From an uncultured bacterium (GTDB lineage Bacteria; CAYJRR01), in NCBI GenBank assembly GCA_964372275.1, contig CAYJRR010000019.1, positions 1 through 42,676 on the forward strand: DNA of 42,676 bases, given 5' to 3'. Under the pieces are notes generated by a model. That model did not search any database. It saw nothing but the letters and a program-made list of their open reading frames with translations, and was not told the origin of the DNA. The position numbers and the translations under genes were made by a program. Shown in pieces: positions 17,048-26,452 of the stretch (positions are counted from its first letter, which is position 1; each line of letters starts with the position of its first letter).

Positions 17048-18837
17048 CGCGGCCCAGCCGACGAGACCGAGCCCGTGGACGCCGCCGACTTGAGTTTGAG
17101 CTCGGCGCCGTCCACGGCCGTCGCGACCTCGCGGATCGTGACGTTGGGGTTGCGCGGGTGCATCCCGCTCGCGATGCGGTGGGTCACTGCCGGCGGCGAG
17201 TAGAACTGCACCTTGGTCGGATCGCTGACCGCGGTGGCGCGCGCGGCGGCGAGCTCGGGGGCGATCGCCTTGCGCATCCAGGCCCACGCCTGGTCCTTGC
17301 ACAGCCCGCTCTCGGCGACGATCGTCGCCCCCTGCGAGCGCAGCCCCGTCGTCATCGAGGTCGCGAGAGTCATGATCTGCGGATTCACCGTTCCGCCGGG
17401 GGCGAAGTCGGCGGGCTTGCCGCCGAACGCGACGTAGAGCTCGGCGGTCTTCTTCTTCACGTACTCGGCGTAGTCGGCGTTGCGGAAGTCCTGCGTCAGC
17501 GCTTCTGCGATCAACATCTTGTTGACGATCGGCGTCGCCAGCGCGAGGTAGGCGGCGTCGGTCACCCCCATCCGATCCTTCACCACGTCCTTGAAGCCGA
17601 CGACCATCGAGGCGCTCGCCGCGGCTCCGACGTCGGGCCACGAGGCGTAGGTCTCGACGAAGTTCACCACGATGTCGGCCGTCGTCTGCGGCGCCCAGGC
17701 CAGGCCCCGGCCGATCGCCTCCTCGGCGGCCGGGTTCGCGATCCCCTCCTTCTTCCAGAGCGGCTGGAAGTCGGTCTCGACCAGGTCGCGTCCGGTCGCC
17801 GCCCGGAACTTCTGCTTGGCCTTGGCGAAGAGCGCCTTGCCTTCGCCCTCCCCCCAGATCTCCTGGAACGCCTTCTCGTTGTGCGGGACGTTGAGCATCA
17901 CGTTGGTGACGATCGTCTGGTGCTCGGCGCAGTAGGTCGCCCACGCGGGATCGTTGCGCAGACGCTCCTCGTCCTCGATCCATCCCTTGTAGAAGGCCAA
18001 CGTCTCTTTCAGGTTGACCGTCTTGTAGAGGTCCTCCTTGTAGTCGGGCGGGAACTTGACCCCCTTGTTCAGGATCTCGAGCGCGTTCAGGCCGTTCTGG
18101 TTGAGCGTCGCCTGGTCGGTCCCCTCCATCGAGACGATCTGCACCGTGGCCGGGTATCCGCGATTCCCCCAGCGGCGGTTGTGGTAGCCCTCGGGCGAGT
18201 TCCGCGTCTCGCCGTTCCCGATGTAGGCGCCGAGGTGCGTCTCGCCCATCTCGGTCTTCACCGTCTCCTTGGCGAGCTGCGCCAGCGTCCCGGAGTGCTC
18301 CTCGGGATGGAGGTAGGCGATGAGCGAGAAGATCGGCGCGTCCGGTCCGATCCCCATCGTCTCCCGCAGGAAGCCGTCCATCACCTGGTGCCCGGGGACG
18401 GCCCGTCCGTCGGGGTCGATGACGGTCGAGTCGTCGGAGACCGGGAGCAGCCGCATCCCGATCTTTCCGTCTCCGAGCGCGTAGTGCATGTCACGGACGT
18501 TGTTGCTGCCGCCGGTCGGGAGTTGGACGTCGGTGGAGCCGAACTTTCCGAGCTTGACCCCCTTGTACTTCTCGGCGAGCGCCTCGCTCGTCAGGGTGTA
18601 CGGTCCGGCGAGGGTGAACTCCCCCTTGAAGTGGGCCGGATTGTTGCGCGCGAGCGGCGTGTCGACGCAACGGTCCTCCTCGACCGGGACGGCGTCGAAG
18701 ACGCCGGAGAGCGACCGACACAGGTCGGCGAGGGGATCGCCCGGAGGCGGACAGAGCGCGCCGTCGGCCGCGTGCGCAGCGTGTGTGGCGAGCACGAAGA
18801 GAAGTGCGACGAGCGAAGCGATCCGTCCGCGGTGCAT
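17044..18837 (-). CDS. Secreted hypothetical protein, possible permuted papain-like (NlpC/P60) hydrolase
   Basis: ATG 18837 with GGAGGA RBS; signal peptide ending AAHA; THLGAYIG ... YCAEH motifs. Confidence 0.7.
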   Translation of the reverse strand: MHRGRIASLVALLFVLATHAAHAADGALCPPPGDPLADLCRSLSGVFDAVPVEEDRCVDTPLARNNPAHFKGEFTLAGPYTLTSEALAEKYKGVKLGKFGSTDVQLPTGGSNNVRDMHYALGDGKIGMRLLPVSDDSTVIDPDGRAVPGHQVMDGFLRETMGIGPDAPIFSLIAYLHPEEHSGTLAQLAKETVKTEMGETHLGAYIGNGETRNSPEGYHNRRWGNRGYPATVQIVSMEGTDQATLNQNGLNALEILNKGVKFPPDYKEDLYKTVNLKETLAFYKGWIEDEERLRNDPAWATYCAEHQTIVTNVMLNVPHNEKAFQEIWGEGEGKALFAKAKQKFRAATGRDLVETDFQPLWKKEGIANPAAEEAIGRGLAWAPQTTADIVVNFVETYASWPDVGAAASASMVVGFKDVVKDRMGVTDAAYLALATPIVNKMLIAEALTQDFRNADYAEYVKKKTAELYVAFGGKPADFAPGGTVNPQIMTLATSMTTGLRSQGATIVAESGLCKDQAWAWMRKAIAPELAAARATAVSDPTKVQFYSPPAVTHRIASGMHPRNPNVTIREVATAVDGAELKLKSAASTGSVSSAGPR

Positions 18838-18899
18838 GGGTCCTCCGACGCGTGGCGGCGGTCGGTGATCGGCGCGCCTTCCACGCGTGGGACCTCCAA

Positions 18900-18915
18900 A
18901 GCAACCGAAGTGCCA
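18900..18915 (-). promoter_or_regulatory. sigma54 (-24/-12) promoter
   Basis: Minus strand TGGCACTTCGGTTGCT with exact GG-N10-GC spacing, about 60 bp upstream of ATG 18837. Confidence 0.8.
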
Positions 18916-19086
18916 CGGCGTAACGTCGCGTCGTTGCAGCGCTCTCGAATGGCGTTGTGACATCGAGATCCCACCCTTGGCGGCCCCGGCGGTTCGTCGA
19001 GTATCCGCGAGACATCCAGCCCCCAGCGGAGGGCGCGACCCCCGCCTTCCGGCGTCGGAAGGCCAATCGGACCGCGCCGTTGCGCG

Positions 19087-19102
19087 TGGCCCGTTCCGTG
19101 CT
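19087..19102 (+). promoter_or_regulatory. sigma54 (-24/-12) promoter
   Basis: TGGCCCGTTCCGTGCT with correct spacing, about 40 bp upstream of ATG 19144. Confidence 0.6.
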
Positions 19103-19143
19103 GTTGCGAATCGGCGAGAGGTTCGCTTTCGGTGGAAGTTCGC

Positions 19144-19527
19144 ATGAAGAGGCTGCTGATCGTTTCGCTACTCCTCGCGGCGCCGGTCGACGCGCAGGTG
19201 CTTCCGCCGATCGCGCCGCTGCCACCGGTCAATGGCACGAGCGGCGGCTTGCCCCCGCTTCCCCCCCTCCCGGACGTCCGCGGCACGACGGAGCGCCTTC
19301 CCGATCTCGCCCCGCTGCCACCGGTCGTTCGGGTCGATCCACTGGGACGAGTCGCCGCCCGGAACCGGGGCACGAACGACTCGGGATCGCGATGGCGGGC
19401 GTTTCTCGCGTGGGTGACCGGCGGTTCCAACCGGGAATCGCCGACCGGGAACGACCTCCCGAGAAACGCCGCGACCGGACCGGCTCCGGCCTCGCAAACC
19501 CCGGGTGGCGGGGGACGGCCGCGATAG
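19144..19527 (+). CDS. Small secreted Pro-rich hypothetical protein
   Basis: Signal peptide MKRLLIVSLLLAAPVDA; three LPxxxPLPxV repeats; upstream sigma54 site. Confidence 0.55.
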   Translation: MKRLLIVSLLLAAPVDAQVLPPIAPLPPVNGTSGGLPPLPPLPDVRGTTERLPDLAPLPPVVRVDPLGRVAARNRGTNDSGSRWRAFLAWVTGGSNRESPTGNDLPRNAATGPAPASQTPGGGGRPR

Positions 19528-19530
19528 TCC

Positions 19531-19566
19531 ACGCGCGACGACCCGACGGCGACACCCGTCGCGCGT
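19531..19566. terminator. Hairpin between the convergent ORF and selC
   Basis: 10-bp inverted repeat ACGCGCGACG / CGTCGCGCGT; no U tract. Confidence 0.35.
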
Positions 19567-19583
19567 ACCGACTCCGCGCGTTC

Positions 19584-19681
19584 TGGCGGAAGCAAATCGG
19601 AATCGAACCGACCTCTCGGTGTTTTAGGCCGAGTCACCGGGTTTGAAGCCCGGGGGGGCCACCAGTGCCCCTGTTGCTTCC
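19584..19681 (-). tRNA. selC: tRNA-Sec (anticodon UCA)
   Basis: 98 nt; 8-bp acceptor stem GGAAGCAA/TTGCTTCC, long D stem with TGGT loop, anticodon arm CCGGG-CTTCAAA-CCCGG, long variable arm, 5-bp T stem with TTCGATT loop, G discriminator and encoded CCA. Confidence 0.96.
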
Positions 19682-19731
19682 AAAAGCTCGACCGCGGCTT
19701 ATAGCATACGGGCTCGCATGGGGAGGGCTCG

Positions 19732-20430
19732 ATGAAGACGATCGTGGGTTGGGTGGCGTTCGTGGTGGCGATTCCGACGCTCGCGGCGGCCGGGCCGTTC
19801 AAGCTGCCGGGAAAGATCCCGGAGAAGCCGAAGGTGCCGGAGGCGGCCGAGTGTCCGGACGACCGGGGGGTCGAGTCGATCGGCAAGGAGATGGACGAGA
19901 AGGCGTTCGACGCGCTCGTCGCGGCCGGAAAGTCGCTGACCGGCCTCTACGAAGCGGCGGGTCGGAAAGAGGAGGCGGAGAAGCAGCGCGAAACGGTGAA
20001 GGGCTGGACGATGGAGTCCGCCCCGGCGGGGCTGGACCGCGTGAAAGAGATCCAGCGGACGAGCGACACGCTCACCAGGGGCTCCGAGGCGATCGCGAGC
20101 AAAGGGGTCGACGCCGCCGGGAAGGAGAGCCTCACCAAGGCGCGCTGGGACCTGCGCACCGCCGTTCTCCACGTCGCGTGGGGGGTGAAGATCGGGGAGC
20201 CGGTGCCCGGCAAGGCGAAGGAGGCGATCGCCGCCAGCGCCGCCTGCGCAAAGAAGGTGAAGCCCGCCGCCGACGCCGCGGCGGCGCTGGGGACGCTGCT
20301 CGGAAACCTGAAGAAGAGCTACGGCGCGGTCGACGCGGCGGCGAAGAAGGCGGGGGCGCCGGAGATGACCGAGGAGGAGAAGAAGCGGCAGGAGGGCGAG
20401 ACCGGGGCGCCCAGCGGCTTGGGCGTCTGA
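19732..20430 (+). CDS. Secreted alpha-helical hypothetical protein
   Basis: GGGAGG RBS, signal peptide, Lys/Ala-rich, high-GC3 codons. Confidence 0.75.
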   Translation: MKTIVGWVAFVVAIPTLAAAGPFKLPGKIPEKPKVPEAAECPDDRGVESIGKEMDEKAFDALVAAGKSLTGLYEAAGRKEEAEKQRETVKGWTMESAPAGLDRVKEIQRTSDTLTRGSEAIASKGVDAAGKESLTKARWDLRTAVLHVAWGVKIGEPVPGKAKEAIAASAACAKKVKPAADAAAALGTLLGNLKKSYGAVDAAAKKAGAPEMTEEEKKRQEGETGAPSGLGV

Positions 20431-20466
20431 ATCGAGCTCGGTTCCGCTGGCTCCACCGGTACTGAA

Positions 20467-20568
20467 GAAAATGGAAAATGGAAAACCGGCCAATGGGTTC
20501 GGCCGGGAGAATGGAAAACCGGCCAATGGGTTCCCCGCCGGTTGGCCGGTTTTCCATTTTCCATTTTC
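20467..20568. repeat. REP-like palindromic element between convergent genes
   Basis: Perfect 27-bp inverted repeat (20467-20493 / 20542-20568) and a 24-bp direct repeat (20477-20500, 20510-20533). Confidence 0.9.
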
Positions 20569-20574
20569 AATTTT

Positions 20575-21894
20575 TCAGGTCGGCCGCGGAGCCGGCGGTT
20601 CGCGCTTCGCCGGCACGGTCGTCGGAGCGGGCGTCGCCGGCGCGGCGCCGCCTCCATCCGCCATGTATCTCTTCACCGGGTCGGCCCCCGTCGCCGCCTT
20701 CAACTGGGACAGGGTCTCCACGATCATCTTCGGCAGGCCCCCGCCGCTCCCTTCGTCGTCCAGCAGCGCGAGCCGGTCGATCGCGGTCCCCCGGACGGTA
20801 TCGGCGATCGTCTTCGAGATCGCGGCGAGCTTCTCCATCATCACCACGTCGCGCGCCGCGTCGCCATTGGCCGCCCAGGCGGTGACGAACTCGTCGAGCG
20901 CCCGAACCGTCGCCTTCCCCTGCTCGGTGACGACCGAGGCGGCGCCGCGCGCGTCGGCTTCGAGCGCGGTCCGCTTCGCCACCGCCGGCCGCACCACGTC
21001 GGCGTCGAGCTTGAGCCGCACCTGCTCGCGCCGCGCCTCCTGCACCGGGATGTCGGCCTGGGCGCGCGCCACCATCGATGCCACCGTCGCCTTCTTCTCC
21101 GCGATCAGGGCCGCCTTCTTCGTCTCGGCGTCGGCGATCTTGCGTGCCGCTTCGGCCTTGGCCACCAGCGCTTCGACGTCGATCCGCTGCAGCTCGGTCG
21201 CCTCCAGGTTCTCGGCGGCGCGGACCGCGGCGAGCGCCCGCGCTTTGGCCTCGGCCACCATCGAGCGCATCTGCAGGTCGGCCGACCGCCGCCGGCCGAT
21301 GGCGTCGAGGTAGCCGACGTCGTCGGTCACGTTCTGGATCTTGAGCGTGTCGAGCACCAGCCCCATTCGGCGGAGGTCGTCCTCCGCCTCCTCCACCACG
21401 TGCTGGGCGAAGGCGAGCTTGTCCTCGTTGACCTGCTCGGGGGTGAGCTTGGCGAGGATCCCGCGAAGGTTCCCCTCGAGGGTGTCCTTGATGATCTTCG
21501 TCAGCTCGTCCCGGTTCTTCCCCAGGAAGCGCTCGATCGCCGGGTGGATCAGCGGCTCGTCGCCGGCGATCTTGGTGTTGGCCACCCCTTGCACCGTGAG
21601 CGGGATCCCGCCGCTCGAGAAGGCGTCGCGCACCTCGACGTTGATCGTCATGTTGGTGAGGTCGATCCGGTCGACCCGCTCGATCAGCGGCCGGCGGATC
21701 GACCAGCCCCCCTTCACCAGACGGTAGCCGACCTCGCGATCGCCGGCGCGGCGGCGGCGGCCGGAGAAGATGAGGAGCTCGTTCGGCCCGCAGACGAACA
21801 GGAGGTTGCGCAGCATCGACAGGAGCACGATGCCGAAGATCAGCAACACCGCGCCGAGGACGGCGATCAGCACCACCGAGTTCTGCGGGTTCAT
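20575..21894 (-). CDS. Flotillin/SPFH-domain protein
   Basis: N-terminal TM, CGPNELLIFSG, GGIPLTVQGVANTKI, TLEGNLRGILAKLTPEQVNEDK, Ala/Glu coiled coil. Confidence 0.93.
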   Translation of the reverse strand: MNPQNSVVLIAVLGAVLLIFGIVLLSMLRNLLFVCGPNELLIFSGRRRRAGDREVGYRLVKGGWSIRRPLIERVDRIDLTNMTINVEVRDAFSSGGIPLTVQGVANTKIAGDEPLIHPAIERFLGKNRDELTKIIKDTLEGNLRGILAKLTPEQVNEDKLAFAQHVVEEAEDDLRRMGLVLDTLKIQNVTDDVGYLDAIGRRRSADLQMRSMVAEAKARALAAVRAAENLEATELQRIDVEALVAKAEAARKIADAETKKAALIAEKKATVASMVARAQADIPVQEARREQVRLKLDADVVRPAVAKRTALEADARGAASVVTEQGKATVRALDEFVTAWAANGDAARDVVMMEKLAAISKTIADTVRGTAIDRLALLDDEGSGGGLPKMIVETLSQLKAATGADPVKRYMADGGGAAPATPAPTTVPAKREPPAPRPT

Positions 21895-21931
21895 CGTCGG
21901 CTCTCCTTCGAGGGGTTCGCGGCGCGCGGGC

Positions 21932-23275
21932 TCATCGCGGGTGCTCCCGTCCGGCCTGCCGCACGCCGCCCGGCGGAGGTCCGGAGGCGCGCGACGGCGC
22001 GCGCGAGAAGCTCCCCAGGTCGAGTCCGGTCATCTCGCCGATCCGGCGCAGCACCTCGAGCACCGCCGTCGGCCGCGACGAGACGAGCGACGCGAAGGCG
22101 CGCCCGTCGCCGGCGTCGACCACCGCCGAATCGTGGACCTCCACCGACTTGACCGCGCCGACCACCGGCGCCAGCACGTCGTCGAGCTGCCGCATCAGGA
22201 AGATCTCCGACGCGCGCGGACCCGCCTTGCGCCACACCGCGGCGAGCCAGGCGAGGACCTCGGCGCGGGCGCGCCCCTCTTCGGCGATCCGCGCCGCTTC
22301 GCCGGCGGCGAGCTGCTCCATCGCCACCCGCCGCGCCTCGGCGGGGATCTCGAGGTCCGACTCGAGTCGGATCTTCTCCAGGTTGGCGCGGATCGCCTGG
22401 AGCTGCTGCTCGGCGACGGCGAACGCCTCGTCGGCGGCCGCTTCGGCGCGCTCCACCTCGGCCTGGGCGCGGGCGCCGAGCTCGGCGCGGAGAGTCCGCA
22501 GCTCGTTCTCCTTGCGCAGGATCGCCTGCTGCGCCTTCTCCGAGGCGATCTTGCCGTCGGCGTCTCCTTGTGCCGCCGCCTGGTCGGCCGTCGCCTTGGC
22601 GTTCGATTCGGCGATCTCCGCGTCGCGCAGGACGTTGGCGATCTGTTCCCGGCCGAGCGAGTTCAGGTAGTTCACGTCGTCGGCGATGTGCTGGACCTTG
22701 AGGGTGTCGAGGTGGAGCCCGAGCTTCTGCAGGTCGACCTCTGCCTCCTCCCCGAGCCGCGCGGCGAACTTGAGCCGGTCGGCGTTGACCTCCTCCGGGG
22801 TGAGGGTCGCCAGCACCCCGCGCAGGTGCCCTTCGAGCGTCTCCCGCGACACCTGCTGCAGGTACTGGCGAGGCTTGTCGAGGAAGCGCTCGATGGCGTT
22901 TCCGACGTACGAGGTGTTGGTCGACAGCTTCACCATCGCGATCGCCTGCACCGTGAGCGGAATCCCCCCCTTGGAGTAGGCGTTGCGCGATTCGATCGCG
23001 ATCGGCATCAGCGTCGTGTCCATCCGGTAGACGCGCTCGAAGATCGGGATGCGGATCGCCCGCCCGCTGAAGATCACCCGCGAGCCGACCGTCTTGCCGT
23101 CGACCTTTCGCGAGCGGCCGGCGATCACCAGCACCTCGTTGGGGCGGCAGATCAACAGGCACGAGCTCAGGAAGAGCAGGAAGAAGGCGAGGACGAAGAG
23201 CAGTCCGACCGAACCGGCGACCCAGACGGCGAGGTCCGGACCCTGCTGCAGCAGCTGCGGAACGTTTGGATTCAC
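21932..23275 (-). CDS. Flotillin/SPFH-domain protein (second paralogue)
   Basis: GTG 23275 overlaps the NfeD stop; CRPNEVLVIAG, GGIPLTVQAIA, TLEGHLRGVLATLTPEEVN. Confidence 0.92.
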   Translation of the reverse strand: MNPNVPQLLQQGPDLAVWVAGSVGLLFVLAFFLLFLSSCLLICRPNEVLVIAGRSRKVDGKTVGSRVIFSGRAIRIPIFERVYRMDTTLMPIAIESRNAYSKGGIPLTVQAIAMVKLSTNTSYVGNAIERFLDKPRQYLQQVSRETLEGHLRGVLATLTPEEVNADRLKFAARLGEEAEVDLQKLGLHLDTLKVQHIADDVNYLNSLGREQIANVLRDAEIAESNAKATADQAAAQGDADGKIASEKAQQAILRKENELRTLRAELGARAQAEVERAEAAADEAFAVAEQQLQAIRANLEKIRLESDLEIPAEARRVAMEQLAAGEAARIAEEGRARAEVLAWLAAVWRKAGPRASEIFLMRQLDDVLAPVVGAVKSVEVHDSAVVDAGDGRAFASLVSSRPTAVLEVLRRIGEMTGLDLGSFSRAPSRASGPPPGGVRQAGREHPR

Positions 23276-23850
23276 GACCGTCCTCCCCGGGCCACGACCA
23301 GCGCGCCGTCCTTCGTCTCCAGCACCAGGACCTCCTCCCCCACGGCGATCTCCCCTTCGCTCGCCGGACCGTAGGCGATCCGTTCCTTCACCTCGTTGCC
23401 GAACGAGAGCAACACCTTCCCGGGGCGGGCCGCCGAGACCGGCACCGTCACCTTCGCCGATCGCCCGACGAACTCCTCCGTCGAGGCCGGCGCCGGACCG
23501 TCCTCCTTCCCCAGGTACCGGAAGAGGGCGGCCGCGGTGCCGCCGCAGGCCAGCCCCGCCATCGCCGAGGTGACGCCGACGACCGCCGGCGAGAAGTCGC
23601 CAAGCGCCGTGAGGATCGTCCCGGTCCCGCCGGCGAACGCCAGGAAGAAGGTCCAGAAGCGGAGCGACAGCACCACGAAGAGCCAATCGCCGAGCGAGCC
23701 GTGATCGCCGAGACCGTGGCCGTGGTCCCCCGCATGGAGGTCGTGGTCGGTGGCGTCGAGGTCGTGGTCGTGCCCGCCATGTCCCGCGAGGAGCGAGAGG
23801 AGGAGAAGCCCGCCCCCCAGGATCAGCGCCGCGATGTAGGCCCCGAGCAA
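23272..23850 (-). CDS. NfeD-like (YuaF-type) membrane protein
   Basis: TTG start with GGAGG RBS; TM helices, His/Asp-rich loop, SLRFWTFFLAF, C-terminal OB-fold pattern GRSAKVTVPV...IAVGEEVLV; upstream of flotillins. Confidence 0.85.
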   Translation of the reverse strand: MLGAYIAALILGGGLLLLSLLAGHGGHDHDLDATDHDLHAGDHGHGLGDHGSLGDWLFVVLSLRFWTFFLAFAGGTGTILTALGDFSPAVVGVTSAMAGLACGGTAAALFRYLGKEDGPAPASTEEFVGRSAKVTVPVSAARPGKVLLSFGNEVKERIAYGPASEGEIAVGEEVLVLETKDGALVVARGGRS

Positions 23851-24190
23851 GAGTCCCCCTCCATCCCGCCTACGATCGCCGGACCGCCCCTATTTCCGGG
23901 GACGGCGGGCGGTCGTAACGCCCTGCCGTCGCACGAGGAACCGGGCTCCGGCACCGCGGTCGGTGCGTCGGGGATCGTACCCCCATCCACCGCCGGCACG
24001 CATTTCGTTTCATGACGCGCCGCTTCCGTCGCGGCGCAAGAAACCGGAGACGGGACGCCTTCCAGGCACATGACGGCGCAAGCAGATCCCCGCAAGGCCT
24101 CTTTGGAAGCGGGCTGGCGGGGATCCTGGGGCGCGGGTGCCCGTTGCGTCGGACGCCCGAAGGTCTACCCTGGATAGGGTCGGGGGTCGG

Positions 24191-26452
24191 ATGCCGCGGG
24201 TCGCGTCGTTCCTGCTCGCGTTCGGGTCGGGACTGCCTTCACCGCCTGGAGTGGTGGCTGCGGCGAGCCCCGCCTCGTCGCTGCGCGTCTGCGCGCGCGA
24301 GGCGGCCGGCGAACGGCGGGTGGTCGCCGGCGGCACGGTGATCGTCGTCGCGGCCGATGGTGCGGCGGTCGCGGCGACGACCGGCGGCGACGGCTGCGTC
24401 TCGCTCTCGCTCGCGCCCGGATCGTATCGCGTGACGGTGACCGGCCCGCCGGAAGGCGGTGGCTCCTTCTTCGACGGGACGGTCGAACTCGCCGCCGGCC
24501 GGGGGTCGACGGTGGAGGCGACGCTCGGGCTTGCGGTCGCGGAGACGCAGGAGCTGGTCGTCGTCGAGCGGCGCGAACGGGAGGGGGAGACGCGCCGCAC
24601 CATCCGTCCCGACGAGGCGCAGCGCCTCCCGGGCGGGGAGAACGACGCGCTCAAGTCGGTGCAGAACCTGCCGGGGGTCGCACGCGCTCCCTATGGTCTG
24701 GGGATGCTGGTGGTGCGCGGCGCCGCCCCCGGAGACACCCGGGTCTTCCTCGACGGCCACGAGATCCCGCAGCTGTTCCACTTCGGCGGGCTGAACTCGG
24801 TCTTTCCCACCGAAGCGCTCTCGCGCATCGACCTCCTGCCGGGCGGATTCGGCGTCCGCTACGGGCGCACGATCGGCGGCGTCGTCGACGTCGAGACCCG
24901 CGAAGCGCGCGAGGGTCCCTGGAAGGGGCACGTCGACGCCGACCTCTACGACGCGTCGGGACTGGCGGAGGGTCCCGCGGCCAAAGGGACGACGGTGATG
25001 GCGGCGGCGCGCCGTTCGTACGTCGACCTCCTCCTGCCGGCGCTGGCACCCGGGCGGAGCCTCGACTGGACGGTGGCCCCCCGCTACTACGACTACCAGT
25101 TGCGGATCGACGGCCGTCCGCGCGAGGACGGCACGCGCCCGCGGCTGATGGCCTACGGCTCGGACGACGCCTTCACCTACGTGATCCGGCGACGCGGCGC
25201 CGACGGACTGGCCGGCCAGTACCTCTTCCGCACCGCGTTCCACCGGGTGCAGTCGACGCTCTCCCGGTCGTTGCCAGGTGGATTCGCGGGGAGCCTCGTC
25301 CCGTCGGTCGGACATCAGCTCCTGACGATCGACGGCGGCGGCGCGATCGCCGTCCGAGGCGCCCGGACCGCCGCGGGCCTACGCGCCGAGGCACGAGGGT
25401 CGCTGTCGGAGAGGGCGTCGCTCCTGCTCGGGATCGACGCGCAGTTGCAGCGCGATTCGTTCCAGGTCGACATGGCCGACGACGCCAACAGCGGGGCGCG
25501 ATCCCCCGATCGGCGGCGGATCGCCTCCGGGGCCTATGCCAGCGCGGCGGTCGGTCTCTACGCCGAATCCGAGATCGCGGCGGGCCAGGGCCTGACGGTG
25601 GTCCCGGGGCTTCGCATCGACGGCTACCAGCCCGCGGCGGCGGCGACGTTCGATCCCCGGCTCGCGGCGCGCTACCGCTTCGACGAGCATCGCTGGACAA
25701 AGGCCTACCTCGGCCTCTACCACCAGCCGCCCCAGTTCTACGAATGGGACGCCAGGATCGGGAACCCGCGCCTGCGGCCGGCGCGCGCCGTGCAGACCGG
25801 GATCGGTGGCGGGCAGGAGCTTTCGCGCGCGGTCGCGGTCGAGGCGGAGGCGTTCTACAAGTGGCTCGACGACCTGCCGGTGCAGGCGGTCGGCGACCCG
25901 ACCGATCCCTCGGCGCGGACACGCCTCACCAACGAGCGGGTTGGCCGCGTCTATGGCGTCGAGGCGCTCGTTCGCCGCGCCGCCTCCGAGCGGTTCCACG
26001 GCTGGATCTCGTACACGCTTTCGCGCAGCGAGCGGAACAGCCCCTACACCCGCGGATGGAAACCGTTCCAGCTCGACCAGACGCACATCCTGACCGCGGT
26101 CACCGGACTCACGCTGCGCCGCGGCTGGCAGGCCGGGGCCCGCTTCCGCTACGTCACCGGGAACCCGACCCACGTCGTCGAAGAGGCGGTCTACGACGCC
26201 GACGCCGACCGCTACGTCCCGATCCCGGGCTTCCGCCGGCAGGCGCGGCTTCCGCCGTTCCACCAGCTCGATCTGCGCGTCGACAAGCGATGGGTGTGGA
26301 GCGGCTGGACACTCGTCGGCTACGTCGACGTTCAGAACGTCTATTCGCGACCGAACGCCGAGCGGCTGCGGTACGACTTCGACTACAGCGAGCGGCGATA
26401 CGTCACCGGTCTTCCGATCTTTCCGTCGATCGGTGTGCGGGGGGAGTTCTGA
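24191..26452 (+). CDS. TonB-dependent receptor with N-terminal carboxypeptidase-regulatory-like domain
   Basis: Plug DALKSVQNLPGV..LVVRG..FLDG..FHFGG..PGGFGVRYG; C-terminus QLDLRVDK...LPIFPSIGVRGEF. Confidence 0.93.
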   Translation: MPRVASFLLAFGSGLPSPPGVVAAASPASSLRVCAREAAGERRVVAGGTVIVVAADGAAVAATTGGDGCVSLSLAPGSYRVTVTGPPEGGGSFFDGTVELAAGRGSTVEATLGLAVAETQELVVVERREREGETRRTIRPDEAQRLPGGENDALKSVQNLPGVARAPYGLGMLVVRGAAPGDTRVFLDGHEIPQLFHFGGLNSVFPTEALSRIDLLPGGFGVRYGRTIGGVVDVETREAREGPWKGHVDADLYDASGLAEGPAAKGTTVMAAARRSYVDLLLPALAPGRSLDWTVAPRYYDYQLRIDGRPREDGTRPRLMAYGSDDAFTYVIRRRGADGLAGQYLFRTAFHRVQSTLSRSLPGGFAGSLVPSVGHQLLTIDGGGAIAVRGARTAAGLRAEARGSLSERASLLLGIDAQLQRDSFQVDMADDANSGARSPDRRRIASGAYASAAVGLYAESEIAAGQGLTVVPGLRIDGYQPAAAATFDPRLAARYRFDEHRWTKAYLGLYHQPPQFYEWDARIGNPRLRPARAVQTGIGGGQELSRAVAVEAEAFYKWLDDLPVQAVGDPTDPSARTRLTNERVGRVYGVEALVRRAASERFHGWISYTLSRSERNSPYTRGWKPFQLDQTHILTAVTGLTLRRGWQAGARFRYVTGNPTHVVEEAVYDADADRYVPIPGFRRQARLPPFHQLDLRVDKRWVWSGWTLVGYVDVQNVYSRPNAERLRYDFDYSERRYVTGLPIFPSIGVRGEF

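Noticed and set aside
15874..19584. Genomic island integrated at selC
   Set aside because: No integrase and no duplicate of the tRNA 3' end seen downstream; codon style matches the host. The GCTTCCGCCA match near 32602 is inside a CDS and likely chance.
20467..20568. Mini CRISPR array
   Set aside because: Only two direct copies with a 9-bp spacer plus an inverted copy; no cas genes.
20575..23850. NfeD + two flotillins as a novel system
   Set aside because: Well-known operon type.
23870..24190. Cobalamin or other riboswitch upstream of the TBDR
   Set aside because: Several GC hairpins are present (e.g. GATCCCCGC/GCGGGGATC) but no B12 box or other recognisable conserved motif; such stems are expected at this GC.
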